64,000 nucleotides of DNA from a virus: the IMG/VR virus record IMGVR_UViG_3300030104_004245, positions 57,759 through 121,758 of that record; one strand, written 5' to 3'. Positions 1 through 9,442 of the stretch are shown piece by piece. The translations under genes were made by a program, and so were the position numbers. The notes below the pieces were generated by a model that was not told where the DNA came from, searched no databases, and saw only the letters and a program-made list of their open reading frames with translations. The number at the start of each line of letters is the position of its first letter. Within the stretch, counting starts at the first letter, position 1.

Positions 1-2
1 TA

Positions 3-281
3 TGGAAACTAGCAAAAGAGACAAGTGGTTATATGTATAGGTTTAATAGAGATAAAGATTTAAATTATTGGGCAGATAAAGCTCGGTTTCATACATATGG
101 ACGCCATAATGCTGAGGACATGATTAAACAGTTAGAGGAAGAAGAATGTCTTGATGCAGAATCATTTAGATATCTTGAACCTATTGTTCGTAAAGAGATT
201 AGTATTAATAATAGAGAACTATATACCTTTAAAGTGCAAGTTAAAGAGGAGTATAGAAAATATTTAAAAATTAAAAAATGA
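3..281 (+). CDS. Hypothetical phage protein, 5'-truncated by window edge
   Basis: Frame is open from base 3 (WKLAKETSGY) into the listed 82-aa ORF; its stop overlaps the next start (ATGA). Confidence 0.7.
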   Translation, partial: WKLAKETSGYMYRFNRDKDLNYWADKARFHTYGRHNAEDMIKQLEEEECLDAESFRYLEPIVRKEISINNRELYTFKVQVKEEYRKYLKIKK

Positions 282-1546
282 CAGATTTAAAACAAATATG
301 GTTAATTAGTATTGACCCAAGTAAAGTAGATAAAGTAAGTAACGCTTTGGTAATGCAAAATGGTAGTGTTAAAGTAAAACAATTGGGTCATTATATAGAA
401 TCAGGTGATAATAGTGGTAGGTATAGAAATAAAACTAATAACACAAAGATTAAAGAAATAATGGATGATATTCCTACTATTACATCTGATGATCTTAAAA
501 ATGCCACGGCACTATTTAGATTTCCTAGACTTAGTTTATCAAGAGATAAGGTAAAAATACTACAAGAAAAGTTTGATCTTAAGTTGAAAAGAGATTTTCA
601 CCAGGCAGACTATGGTATTGTATCTGAAAAGTATTTTGATGGATTATTTGTTACTAGATGGTTAGCATCAGCAGATCCTGCAGATGTACTTTCTTGGGCA
701 CAAGTTTATCAAGATTGTTTTGAAGAGGATCTTTTTGATGAAATTGTAAATGAATTAAATAAGATACCTGCAGATGCTCATGTTGTATATGAATCAGAAT
801 GGTTTAGTTCATATTACCACGAGGGTGCTAGTAATCTTGATAGATATTCTAAGATGTCAGAAAAAGTAAGAAATGTAGGAGGTAGTAGTAAGTATCATTA
901 TTACATTGAATCATTAGATCAATGGAATGATATACAAGCTAATTTACCTAAACTTGTTTGGGATAGTAATATTAATGAACTTGCTACAGAAGACTCTGAA
1001 GTATTAACAGAAGAAATGTATATACAACTTAAAACTATGCTTGGTTGGGAAAAGACCGAAAGTGGTTGTGGTTGGCAAGGTACTAGAGACAAAGAGAATA
1101 TGAATCTAGCTTTGAGCATTATTGCTAATTGTAATATTCAAAAGTCTCATACATATTTAGCACTATTATTTTCATTCTTAAGTGACTCTATGAAAGATTC
1201 ATCTGTTTGGAATACTGTTAACTTTAAGTCCGTAAGGAAGAAGTTTGAAAAGTATATACAAATGAATGGTTGGAACTGGTGTCATAATTATAATTATTTA
1301 ATTGAATATTTAGTTAAAGATAATGCATTAACTAAAATTGCTTGGAAAGAAGTTGCTCAAAAAATGTATGATGATGTATTGTCATCTCAAATGGGTGTTG
1401 ATAGTAAAAATGTATTTAGTATCAGTCCTGAGAGTATCCAATTAAAACCGGAACTTAAAAAAAGAGTAATGCCAAGTCAAGAAGATCTACAATATATGGA
1501 AGATCTTGTTGATATGCACACTGAATCACATGATTATGCAAGATAA
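278..1546 (+). CDS. Hypothetical phage protein (422 aa)
   Basis: Long ORF overlapping both neighbours; no motif I can assign confidently. Confidence 0.75.
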   Translation: MTDLKQIWLISIDPSKVDKVSNALVMQNGSVKVKQLGHYIESGDNSGRYRNKTNNTKIKEIMDDIPTITSDDLKNATALFRFPRLSLSRDKVKILQEKFDLKLKRDFHQADYGIVSEKYFDGLFVTRWLASADPADVLSWAQVYQDCFEEDLFDEIVNELNKIPADAHVVYESEWFSSYYHEGASNLDRYSKMSEKVRNVGGSSKYHYYIESLDQWNDIQANLPKLVWDSNINELATEDSEVLTEEMYIQLKTMLGWEKTESGCGWQGTRDKENMNLALSIIANCNIQKSHTYLALLFSFLSDSMKDSSVWNTVNFKSVRKKFEKYIQMNGWNWCHNYNYLIEYLVKDNALTKIAWKEVAQKMYDDVLSSQMGVDSKNVFSISPESIQLKPELKKRVMPSQEDLQYMEDLVDMHTESHDYAR

Positions 1547-2528
1547 AATTAAAGAAGGCTTGTTTTACAAGGAAGAGTTTAACTTCAGTTACTCTTCCTT
1601 AAACAGGTTATTATTTTCACCAAAACTTTTTTATAAAGATTATATCCTTAAAGAAAGGGAAACCAAAATGGAAAAACATCTAATAGAAGGTAGGTTAATA
1701 CACCTGCTACTATTAGAACCAAATAGGTTTGAAGAAGAATTTGTTATGTCACCATTAAAAATGCCAACAGATTCAGTCAAAAAAGTATTAAGAAATGTCA
1801 GCAGTAAAATTGTTGACCCAAATAATTATATGAAGTTAAAAGATTTAGATGTTCAGATACTAGAAGCTTTAAAAGAAGAGAACTTGTATCAATCATTTAA
1901 GGAAGACCAAAAAAGATTAGATAAAATAATAACAGAAGAGAGTGAAGCGTATTTTAAATTCTTACAAACAACAGGTAAAACTATAATTGATGCAGATACA
2001 TTTGCACGTTGTATGGATCGTGTTGTTATAATCCGGGCTAATAATGAAGTAAATAACTTATTGATGGAAGAAGGCACTGATTGGGATTTAGATCATATTC
2101 AAGTATACAATGAAAAGAAATTAGAGTGTAAATTAAATAACTATAAATTTGGATTAAAAGGTATAATAGATAAATATATAATAGATGATGAAGAAAAGAC
2201 AATAACCATTGTAGATCTTAAAACAACAGCAAAACCATTAGAAAATTTTGCTGAAACAGTAGATTTTTACAATTATTGGTTACAAGCGGCTGTATATTCA
2301 CTACTTGTCATGAAAAATGTTGATGAAAATCAACAAGATTACAAAATTATTTTTAAATTTGTTGTGATAGACAAGTATGACCAGGTCTACGTCTTTCCTG
2401 TATCGGAAGAAACCTTACTAAAATGGACAAACGGATTAAGAGAAGCATTAACTGAAGCAAATTATCATTACAGTGAAAGAAAATATGAACTGCCATATGT
2501 ATTTGCTAACGGTAATGTAACCTTATGA
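1530..2528 (+). CDS. PD-(D/E)XK nuclease (RecE/Cas4-like exonuclease)
   Basis: N-terminal FSYSSL and GRLIH motifs, E-x-K ... KGIIDK ... IVDLKTT catalytic pattern, YWLQAAVY helix. Start probably ATG 1530 or 1536 rather than TTG 1506. Confidence 0.85.
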   Translation: MIMQDKIKEGLFYKEEFNFSYSSLNRLLFSPKLFYKDYILKERETKMEKHLIEGRLIHLLLLEPNRFEEEFVMSPLKMPTDSVKKVLRNVSSKIVDPNNYMKLKDLDVQILEALKEENLYQSFKEDQKRLDKIITEESEAYFKFLQTTGKTIIDADTFARCMDRVVIIRANNEVNNLLMEEGTDWDLDHIQVYNEKKLECKLNNYKFGLKGIIDKYIIDDEEKTITIVDLKTTAKPLENFAETVDFYNYWLQAAVYSLLVMKNVDENQQDYKIIFKFVVIDKYDQVYVFPVSEETLLKWTNGLREALTEANYHYSERKYELPYVFANGNVTL

Positions 2529-3085
2529 AAAAAATTTATGCAGATTATTTCCAAAAGAGCAAAGTATTCTTATACCCTTTGATAGGAATAAAAAAGGGTG
2601 TAAGATTCGTGCCTATAGAAACATATATAGAGTGGGATCAATTAAACAATCCTAATACTTTGTATTGTTTATACATGGTTCCTAAAAAAGAACAAGACAA
2701 AAAAGTATTTCAAGTATTTATTGAAATGCATGTAAAAAATAGAGAATTTTTTGATCAATATTTTTATTTAAATAATGATAAATATATTCTTTGTAGTTTT
2801 AATTTAAGTTTATTCAAAAAAGATTTAAAAAAATTTAGAAATGGAAAGTATTCAGAATTTTCAGAATACACCAAAAATATTATTATTAAATTTTTTGGAA
2901 ATAAAGGAACAATTTCTGAATATATTGAAAGTTATTTATATCCTGAATATTATCATGAAACATATTCTAAAATATTAAACATTGATGTAAGTGTTTTAAA
3001 AGAAGTAAATGAATTGTGTGATATACCAGATATAGCTAGAGAAACTTTTATAAAAGAATCAATTGAAATTAAATTATTTAAATAA
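2525..3085 (+). CDS. Hypothetical phage protein (186 aa)
   Basis: ORF coupled to the nuclease stop; no recognisable motif. Confidence 0.7.
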   Translation: MKKIYADYFQKSKVFLYPLIGIKKGVRFVPIETYIEWDQLNNPNTLYCLYMVPKKEQDKKVFQVFIEMHVKNREFFDQYFYLNNDKYILCSFNLSLFKKDLKKFRNGKYSEFSEYTKNIIIKFFGNKGTISEYIESYLYPEYYHETYSKILNIDVSVLKEVNELCDIPDIARETFIKESIEIKLFK

Positions 3086-3091
3086 ATATTA

Positions 3092-3099
3092 TATATTTG
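3092..3099 (+). promoter_or_regulatory. Bacteroidota-type -7 promoter element (TAnnTTTG)
   Basis: TATATTTG in a short intergenic gap 22 nt before ATG 3122; same element recurs at 5587 and 25023, each ahead of + strand genes. Confidence 0.6.
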
Positions 3100-3121
3100 T
3101 GTTTTTAAAATATTATTAATT

Positions 3122-3559
3122 ATGAGTATAGGAAAAAATATGATTATTGTAAATGCTCCAGATTTTCAGAGCATGGAAAAATCTTTTAAGTTAGTCCCTA
3201 TAACAATGGACTGCCCTTATGTTGAATGTTTATTTTCAGCAAAAGATAAAGTTTTAGCTGTTATAAGTAAGACTATGAAACAAACTTATCACATGGTCCC
3301 TAAGTTAGATGACAATGGAGATCAAGTACCTGTTAAAGGTAAAAGGCCTGGAAACAAGCCACCATACAAAGAAGAGAGGAGATTAGTAGATACATTTTCA
3401 GAATTCTACTTAATGACTCCTGAAGAAATTAATGGATTTATTGAATCATTTGCAGTTAATGCAAAAGAATTTGATTATAAGTCTTTTACACAACCAAAAG
3501 AAGACAAAGAAAAAATCATTCAAATGAAAAAACCTGATTTAGTAACTAAACCAGAATAA
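3122..3559 (+). CDS. Hypothetical phage protein (145 aa)
   Basis: ORF between a promoter-like element and a terminator-like hairpin. Confidence 0.75.
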   Translation: MSIGKNMIIVNAPDFQSMEKSFKLVPITMDCPYVECLFSAKDKVLAVISKTMKQTYHMVPKLDDNGDQVPVKGKRPGNKPPYKEERRLVDTFSEFYLMTPEEINGFIESFAVNAKEFDYKSFTQPKEDKEKIIQMKKPDLVTKPE

Positions 3560-3622
3560 GTTTGGTCAACTATAATGACTTTGTTTTGAGTGGGCCTTAG
3601 ATCAGCCTTAATGATCTTTTCT

Positions 3623-3659
3623 AAGGGAGCTGGTTTGTGTGACAGCTCCCTTTTTTTTT
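3623..3659 (+). terminator. Rho-independent terminator-like hairpin
   Basis: AAGGGAGCTG / CAGCTCCCTT stem, 10-nt loop, followed by a T run. Confidence 0.75.
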
Positions 3660-3671
3660 AAATTAAATTAT

Positions 3672-5576
3672 ATGAATCACTGGGTAATGGATTATGAAAC
3701 ATTATCTAATTGTTTTGTGGGCGTATTTACACATTACAAAACTGAAGAGACTAAGATCTTTTCAATATGTAAACTGCAGAATGATTTTGATAAGTTCATA
3801 GAATTCTTAAAAGAAAACATACGGAATAAAGAGTGGCATATATCCTACAACGGATTGGCATTTGATGCACAGATCACTCATTATATAATAAAAGAATATG
3901 GGAATTTAAAACTCATGGATGGAGAAGAAATTGCTCAAGAGATTTATGGTTGTGCACAAAAATGCATAGAAAAAAGTAATGCTCATGAATTTCAAGAGTT
4001 TCCTGAGTGGCATATGTCTATCAAACAAATAGATGTATTTAAATTAAACCATTGGGATAACATGGCTAAGAGATCTAGTCTTAAATGGATAGAATATACT
4101 ATGGACTGGGATAATATTTTAGATATGCCTATACATCATGAAACATTAATAGAAACTCAAGGTCAATTAGACCTTGTTATTGAATACTGTATTAATGATG
4201 TAGAAGCAACTAAAGAGATCTTTAATAGATGTAAACCTTTAATAGCATTAAGAAAGAACTTAACTGAAAAATATAATATTAACTTGTTTAGTGCATCTGA
4301 ACCAAGAATAAGTAAAGAGATCTTTGCTTACTATCTTAGTAAAGAGCTAGACATGCCAAAATATGAAGTTAAAAAATTAAGAACTTTTAGAAATGTAATT
4401 AAAGTAAATGATCTTATACTAGACTATATTAAATTTGAGACACCTGAATTTAAAACTTTATTAGAAAAGTTTAGGACAGTAGAAGTAAATCCTAATTACA
4501 CTAAAGGAGGGTTTAAATCTTCTGTAAAATATAAAGGTGTAAAAACTGATTTCGGATTAGGTGGTGCCCATGGTGCTACTAAAGCTGGAGTGTATGAGTC
4601 TGATAATGAGAAAGTTATAATGTCTTCAGATGTTACTAGCTTTTATCCTAATTTAGCTATTGTTAATCAATATGCACCGGCTCATATACCTAAAGAAAAG
4701 TTTTGTGAATTATATAAATGGTTCTTTGATGAAAGAAAGAAAATACCAAAGAGTGATCCAATGAACTATGTATATAAAATTATCTTAAACTCAACTTACG
4801 GGTTAAGTAATGATAAGAACTCTTTTCTATATGATCCACAGTTTACTATGTTTATTACAGTTAATGGTCAACTTACATTAATGATGTTGTATGAGATGAT
4901 TATGACCAGAATACCAGATGCTGTTGCTTTAATGCAAAATACTGATGGTGTTGAAACCATCATACCAAAAGAATATGTTAATACATATATGGAGGTATGT
5001 AAAGAATGGGAACAAATAACCGGTCTTAATCTTGAACATGATCAATATAGTAAACTAGTATTAGCTGATGTCAATAATTATATAGCTGTTGACACTAATG
5101 GTAAAGCTAAATGTAAAGGTAGATTTGAATATGACGGGTTAGCTCTTCATAAAAACAAGTCTAAACTGATCATTCCAAAAGCATTGTATGCGTACTTTGT
5201 TGATGGAACTTTACCAGAATATACATTAAAACATAATAGAAATATTCTTGATTATTGTATAGGAGCTAAATCTAAAGGTGCATGGAGGCAACATGCTATA
5301 TATGTTAAAGATAAAATTGCACAAAAAGATGAACTTCAAAAAATTAATAGATATTATATTTCAAATAAAGGTTGTAAAATTGTTAAGATAAATAAGAATG
5401 ATCAAAGAGAAATACAGTTAGAATCTGGGCAATGGGTTCAAACTGTAATGAATAAGATAGAAGATAAAAAATGGTCAGACTATGACATTAACGAGAAATA
5501 TTATCTTAATGCAATTGAGAAAGAAATAAATAACATAATTGGTGTAAAAAACAACCAATTGTTATTGTTTCAATAA
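3672..5576 (+). CDS. polB: Family B DNA polymerase with 3'-5' exonuclease domain
   Basis: ExoI DYE, ExoII SYNGLAFD, ExoIII YCINDV; motif A SDVTSFYPN, motif B YKIILNSTYG, motif C NTDG. True start likely ATG 3672 (the listed GTG 3639 lies inside the terminator). Confidence 0.93.
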   Translation: MNHWVMDYETLSNCFVGVFTHYKTEETKIFSICKLQNDFDKFIEFLKENIRNKEWHISYNGLAFDAQITHYIIKEYGNLKLMDGEEIAQEIYGCAQKCIEKSNAHEFQEFPEWHMSIKQIDVFKLNHWDNMAKRSSLKWIEYTMDWDNILDMPIHHETLIETQGQLDLVIEYCINDVEATKEIFNRCKPLIALRKNLTEKYNINLFSASEPRISKEIFAYYLSKELDMPKYEVKKLRTFRNVIKVNDLILDYIKFETPEFKTLLEKFRTVEVNPNYTKGGFKSSVKYKGVKTDFGLGGAHGATKAGVYESDNEKVIMSSDVTSFYPNLAIVNQYAPAHIPKEKFCELYKWFFDERKKIPKSDPMNYVYKIILNSTYGLSNDKNSFLYDPQFTMFITVNGQLTLMMLYEMIMTRIPDAVALMQNTDGVETIIPKEYVNTYMEVCKEWEQITGLNLEHDQYSKLVLADVNNYIAVDTNGKAKCKGRFEYDGLALHKNKSKLIIPKALYAYFVDGTLPEYTLKHNRNILDYCIGAKSKGAWRQHAIYVKDKIAQKDELQKINRYYISNKGCKIVKINKNDQREIQLESGQWVQTVMNKIEDKKWSDYDINEKYYLNAIEKEINNIIGVKNNQLLLFQ

Positions 5577-5586
5577 GTTTTATTAT

Positions 5587-5594
5587 TATATTTG
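5587..5594 (+). promoter_or_regulatory. Bacteroidota-type -7 promoter element (TAnnTTTG)
   Basis: TATATTTG just after the polymerase stop, followed by a GC-rich hairpin (5604-5645) and ATG 5665. Confidence 0.6.
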
Positions 5595-5664
5595 TAATTA
5601 AGTCCAAGGGGGTCAAGGTTCCATTCGTGCATGGCCCCCCTCTGGCAATTTAAACCAATAAATT

Positions 5665-6552
5665 ATGGGATACACAAGACCAACAACTACTACAAGAGAT
5701 ATGTTAGTGGCAGCACCACTACCTAATCATGGAAAAACTTACACAGTTATTCCTCATAAAGATGTCATAGATGTTACTAAAACTCTATTAGGCAATAGCG
5801 GATTTACAATTACAAAAGAACTTTACAGAGCAAATATGAATGCTAAAGTAGCACAAGGAGTATATCACCTTGCTTCAGATCAAGATCCAGAAATGGGCAT
5901 GATGTTTGCTTGGACCAACTCTTATGATAAAAGTACACGTTTTCAGTGTGCTGTAGGAGCTTTTGTAAATGTATGCAGCAATGGTATGTTATGTGGAGAC
6001 ATGGCAAATTACGCTAGAAAACATACAGGTAAAGCAGATCATGATATTCATGCTCAAATAAGTTCACAAATTAAATCAGCTAATAAGTACTATACCAAGT
6101 TAATTGATGATAAGAATAATATGAGAAAAATATTCTTACCTAAGAAAAGTCAAGCTGAATTAGTGGGCAGATTATTTTTAGATGAAGAAATCATTGATGC
6201 ATCACAGGTTTCTATTATTAAAGCAGAAATGAAAGATCCATCATATCATTATTCAGCAGATCTTAATAATGCATGGACATTTTATAATCATGTTACACAT
6301 TCTTTTAAAAAGTCTCACCCAAGAACATGGATGAGTGATCAAGTTAAGTTTCATGAATTTATGACTGCAGAATTATTAAGTCAATCCGGTTTACATCAAG
6401 CAGATAAAAATTGGATAGATGAAAATGGTAACGGACATATACCTGGACCACAATCTGCAGGTGTATGGAGTCAAGCTATTATGACAGGAGGAGATTTTGA
6501 TGCTGATATGGAAGCTCAAGATTATGATACATTTGAAGAGTTTAAAATATGA
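5665..6552 (+). CDS. DUF932-like phage protein with acidic tail
   Basis: YTVIPH near N-terminus, NSYDKS...VGAFVNVCSNGM...RKHT, NAWTFYNHVT resemble the DUF932 pattern. Confidence 0.7.
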   Translation: MGYTRPTTTTRDMLVAAPLPNHGKTYTVIPHKDVIDVTKTLLGNSGFTITKELYRANMNAKVAQGVYHLASDQDPEMGMMFAWTNSYDKSTRFQCAVGAFVNVCSNGMLCGDMANYARKHTGKADHDIHAQISSQIKSANKYYTKLIDDKNNMRKIFLPKKSQAELVGRLFLDEEIIDASQVSIIKAEMKDPSYHYSADLNNAWTFYNHVTHSFKKSHPRTWMSDQVKFHEFMTAELLSQSGLHQADKNWIDENGNGHIPGPQSAGVWSQAIMTGGDFDADMEAQDYDTFEEFKI

Positions 6553-7409
6553 TAACTAAAGATATAAGAAAAAGTCTGAAGATTAGACCCTCTGGTAGGT
6601 CTTCAGACTTTATATCTCCTAGCTTTGGATGGGGCTGTCTATATGACTGTTCCTATTGTTATATGAAAAGGCACAAACCTGAAGGTTTATCTATAGCCAC
6701 AAACACAAATCAAATTTTAACAGAAATAAATACTCATGCAGTATTTGCTAAACACGAAATAAAAAAACCAAATCAAACACATCCAAAATATTTAACATAT
6801 GATATAAGTTGTAATGAAGACTTTGCTCTTCATGCTAAACATCATGAGTGGGAAAAAATATTTGATTTCTTCAAACATCATGATGATATACTAGGAACAT
6901 TTGCAACTAAATATGTTAATAACAACTTACTCAAATATAATCCAAAAGAAAAAATAAGAATAAGGTTTAGTATGATGCCTGAAAACAAGCGTCAAATACA
7001 TGAGCCAAACACATCAACAATATTAGAAAGAATACAAGCAATAGATAAATTTAAAGAAGCTGGTTATGATGTTCATCTTAATTTTAGTCCTATCATAGTA
7101 TATGAAGGATGGTTAGATGATTATGAAGAACTATTTTCTTTAATTAATAATAATGTAAGAAATGAAGAAGGAGTTTTTGCTGAGTGTATATTTTTAACAC
7201 ATAATGTAAATAGACATTTTAAAAATCAACATGAAAGACCTGAAGTTGAAGAAGATTTATGGATTCCTCAATTTCAAGAAAGTAAAATGTCACAATATGG
7301 AGGTAAAAATATTAGATATAAATATAAGATTAAAAATCAACTCATAGAAGCTTTTATAAAAGAACATGATAATGTAATTCCATGGAATAGAATTAGATAT
7401 ATATTTTAA
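6549..7409 (+). CDS. splB: Spore photoproduct lyase-like radical SAM protein
   Basis: GCLYDCSYCY radical SAM motif, YDISCNEDF (SPL-type extra Cys), FATKY, RIRFSMMP, ERI..GYDVHLNFSPII, KxSQYGGxNIRY. Confidence 0.85.
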   Translation: MITKDIRKSLKIRPSGRSSDFISPSFGWGCLYDCSYCYMKRHKPEGLSIATNTNQILTEINTHAVFAKHEIKKPNQTHPKYLTYDISCNEDFALHAKHHEWEKIFDFFKHHDDILGTFATKYVNNNLLKYNPKEKIRIRFSMMPENKRQIHEPNTSTILERIQAIDKFKEAGYDVHLNFSPIIVYEGWLDDYEELFSLINNNVRNEEGVFAECIFLTHNVNRHFKNQHERPEVEEDLWIPQFQESKMSQYGGKNIRYKYKIKNQLIEAFIKEHDNVIPWNRIRYIF

Positions 7410-7412
7410 ATT

Positions 7413-7592
7413 ATGAAAAAATTTATAAAATTTTTATTAACTTGCATTAAGATTACAAGTGGTACAATATTACTTTTGATCGTTATATTATTTTGGGCAA
7501 CAGCCCTTGTGTTAACCACATTAACTGAACTTATTACATGGGTTGAGTTAAAATTAACAAAATTAATGAAGAAATGTTATGGCGAATTATGA
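7413..7592 (+). CDS. Small membrane protein (59 aa; not in ORF track)
   Basis: [59 protein letters not shown] fills the gap between the SPL-like gene and dut. Confidence 0.6.
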   Translation: MKKFIKFLLTCIKITSGTILLLIVILFWATALVLTTLTELITWVELKLTKLMKKCYGEL

Positions 7593-8040
7593 ACTTTGGA
7601 CTTTATTTAGACCAAAAATAAAAATAATTAATAAATCTAAAAATCCTAACCCTAGTTATGAAACATCTGATTCAGCAGGTATGGATATTAGATCTAATGT
7701 AAACATTACTATTAAACCTGGATCTTGTGAAATTATATCTACTGGACTGTTTATACAACTTCCTAGTGGTTATGAAGCACAAATTAGATCTCGCAGTGGT
7801 TTAGCTGCTAAAAATCAAGTAATTGTTCTTAATGCTCCTGGCACTATTGATGCTGATTATAGAGGAGAAGTTAAGATTATATTAGCTAATTTTTCTGCAA
7901 AAGATTTTGATGTAAAAAAAGGAGATAGAATAGCTCAAATGGTAATTGCTGAATATGAGCAAGCACATTTTGAGAATGTTGATTTTCTTGACACTACTGA
8001 TAGAGGAGCAGGCGGATTTGGAAGCACAGGTATTAAATAA
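7579..8040 (+). CDS. dut: Trimeric dUTPase
   Basis: Motifs [39 protein letters not shown]. Confidence 0.97.
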   Translation: MANYELWTLFRPKIKIINKSKNPNPSYETSDSAGMDIRSNVNITIKPGSCEIISTGLFIQLPSGYEAQIRSRSGLAAKNQVIVLNAPGTIDADYRGEVKIILANFSAKDFDVKKGDRIAQMVIAEYEQAHFENVDFLDTTDRGAGGFGSTGIK

Positions 8041-8124
8041 GCTATAGGGATCTTCCCTTTTGGTTTGTTTTCCGTTTTCCATTAGGGCCCTATAGTATTT
8101 ATTAACGGAAAAAAATTATTAAAA

Positions 8125-8241
8125 ATGAAAAAAAACATTGAAATAGTTGACAATACTATTGATCCAACAAAAACTACTAACGTAGATAACTTTATTGTAG
8201 AAGATGAAATGGAAACTTTAGATAAAGTCAATGACAATTAA
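8125..8241 (+). CDS. Small acidic hypothetical protein (38 aa; not in ORF track)
   Basis: MKKNIEIVDNTIDPTKTTNVDNFIVEDEMETLDKVNDN with A-rich leader, overlapping next start. Confidence 0.45.
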   Translation: MKKNIEIVDNTIDPTKTTNVDNFIVEDEMETLDKVNDN

Positions 8242-8548
8242 GGAGTTTAAAAAACTTCTTGAAAATACATTTGAGAAGAGTAGAAAAACTTATGACTACA
8301 AAATGAACGAATATGCTACTGACCTAGATGTATTCCAATCATTTAAAAAAGGAGTGGGTTTTTCTTTTCAAAATACACCAGAAGGTGTAGCATGGGAGTA
8401 TGCTTGTAAACATTTTGAGTCAATCAAAAATATTATTAGCAAATGTCCAGGTGAAGTCCCAACAGATGAACTCTTAGATGAGAAAATAGGAGATGCCATA
8501 AATTATCTTATAATCATTAAAGGACTCATCAAAGAGAGAGGTGATTAA
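8231..8548 (+). CDS. Small all-helical protein, possibly DUF1599 / nucleotide-modification-associated (MazG-fold) family
   Basis: KxxEYA..D.F..F and LDEKIGDAINYLII resemble that family; next to dUTPase. Confidence 0.55.
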   Translation: MTIKEFKKLLENTFEKSRKTYDYKMNEYATDLDVFQSFKKGVGFSFQNTPEGVAWEYACKHFESIKNIISKCPGEVPTDELLDEKIGDAINYLIIIKGLIKERGD

Positions 8549-8571
8549 AACCAATACCTCCATATATGAAG

Positions 8572-8597
8572 AGAGGGACGTATGTCCCTCTTTTTTT
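8572..8597 (+). terminator. Rho-independent terminator
   Basis: AGAGGGAC-GTAT-GTCCCTCT followed by a T tract. Confidence 0.8.
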
Positions 8598-8599
8598 AT

Positions 8600-8673
8600 G
8601 CACCCATAGCTCAACTGGATAGAGCAACAGCCTTCTAAGCTGTAGGTTGTAGGTTCAAGTCCTACTGGGTGTA
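8600..8673 (+). tRNA. tRNA-Arg (anticodon TCT)
   Basis: Cloverleaf folded by hand: acceptor GCACCCA/TGGGTGT, D stem GCTC/GAGC, anticodon stem ACAGC/GCTGT with loop CTTCTAA, T stem GTAGG/CCTAC with TTCAAGT; no encoded CCA. Confidence 0.96.
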
Positions 8674-8802
8674 CTATCTACCTTGTCCTCTGTATGGTTT
8701 TTTATAACCATTTTGAGATTTACTAGCATTTTTGCTATGTACACCTTTTCTTTTCTTAGTAGCGTTAGATCCTCTAAATACAAATGTGTTTCTTACTGCC
8801 AT
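8674..8802 (-). CDS. Small basic protein (42 aa; not in ORF track)
   Basis: MAVRNTFVFRGSNATKKRKGVHSKNASKSQNGYKKPYRGQGR; start overlaps the upstream stop (TAATG). Confidence 0.7.
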   Translation of the reverse strand: MAVRNTFVFRGSNATKKRKGVHSKNASKSQNGYKKPYRGQGR

Positions 8803-9437
8803 TATAATATTCCGTTAGGACCTCTACCTGTTGAACCGCCTTTTCTTTTTGAACCTGACTTTAATTTTTCAATTTGTGAATCATAGTCTTTCATTTCTCT
8901 ATAACTAGCTATTTTAGGACTAGAAGTATTATATTTATTACCCATAGAAAAATCCTCATCAAATTCACTCATTTCTTCTTCTGACATGTTAAGAGGATCA
9001 ATTGGAGTATCAGGATCATAACTAGGATTTACATCATATATTTCTTCCATAGAAAGACCTGGAACATTAACTTCATTACCTGGGGTTCTTTCATACATAT
9101 TTGGATTACCAGGATAATTTGGTATGTCAGATAAAACATTACGTACTGAATCAGACTTAGCTTGTAGATCTGCTATACGTGGATCAGGAAGATTTTTTAA
9201 TTCATCACCATCTTGAGCATACATACCAGGAACTTCCTGACCTTTAGCATTTTTAAAGTTTTTATAATTGTATGTACCACCTTTACCATATTTTATTTCA
9301 GAACCTTTTTTTACATAACCCATTTTGTTACGTACTGCTCTAGGTAATTTTGGTAATCCTTTGTTTCCTTGTGGAATAGATTTAAGGCTTCCGCCTGTGT
9401 TATATTTTATTCCAGCTTTTTTCATATTTGCAGGCAT
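8802..9437 (-). CDS. Putative virion-internal protein with xxxGG motifs and GPNGIL C-terminus
   Basis: KYNTGG, KYGKGG, VPGMYAQDG, KRKGG motifs; ends GPNGIL like two neighbours. Confidence 0.7.
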   Translation of the reverse strand: MPANMKKAGIKYNTGGSLKSIPQGNKGLPKLPRAVRNKMGYVKKGSEIKYGKGGTYNYKNFKNAKGQEVPGMYAQDGDELKNLPDPRIADLQAKSDSVRNVLSDIPNYPGNPNMYERTPGNEVNVPGLSMEEIYDVNPSYDPDTPIDPLNMSEEEMSEFDEDFSMGNKYNTSSPKIASYREMKDYDSQIEKLKSGSKRKGGSTGRGPNGIL

Positions 9438-9442
9438 AGTTA

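Noticed and set aside
278-1546. BRCT-like segment in the 422-aa protein
   Set aside because: Resemblance is too weak to support without a profile search.
1530-2528. Cas4 / CRISPR-Cas association
   Set aside because: No Cas4 Fe-S cysteine cluster, no other cas genes and no array; fits an ordinary phage replication or recombination exonuclease.
3672-5576. Intein or intron in polB (also considered for nrdJ and the RNAP)
   Set aside because: Motif spacing is compact, and I saw no intein splice-junction or LAGLIDADG/HNH motifs.
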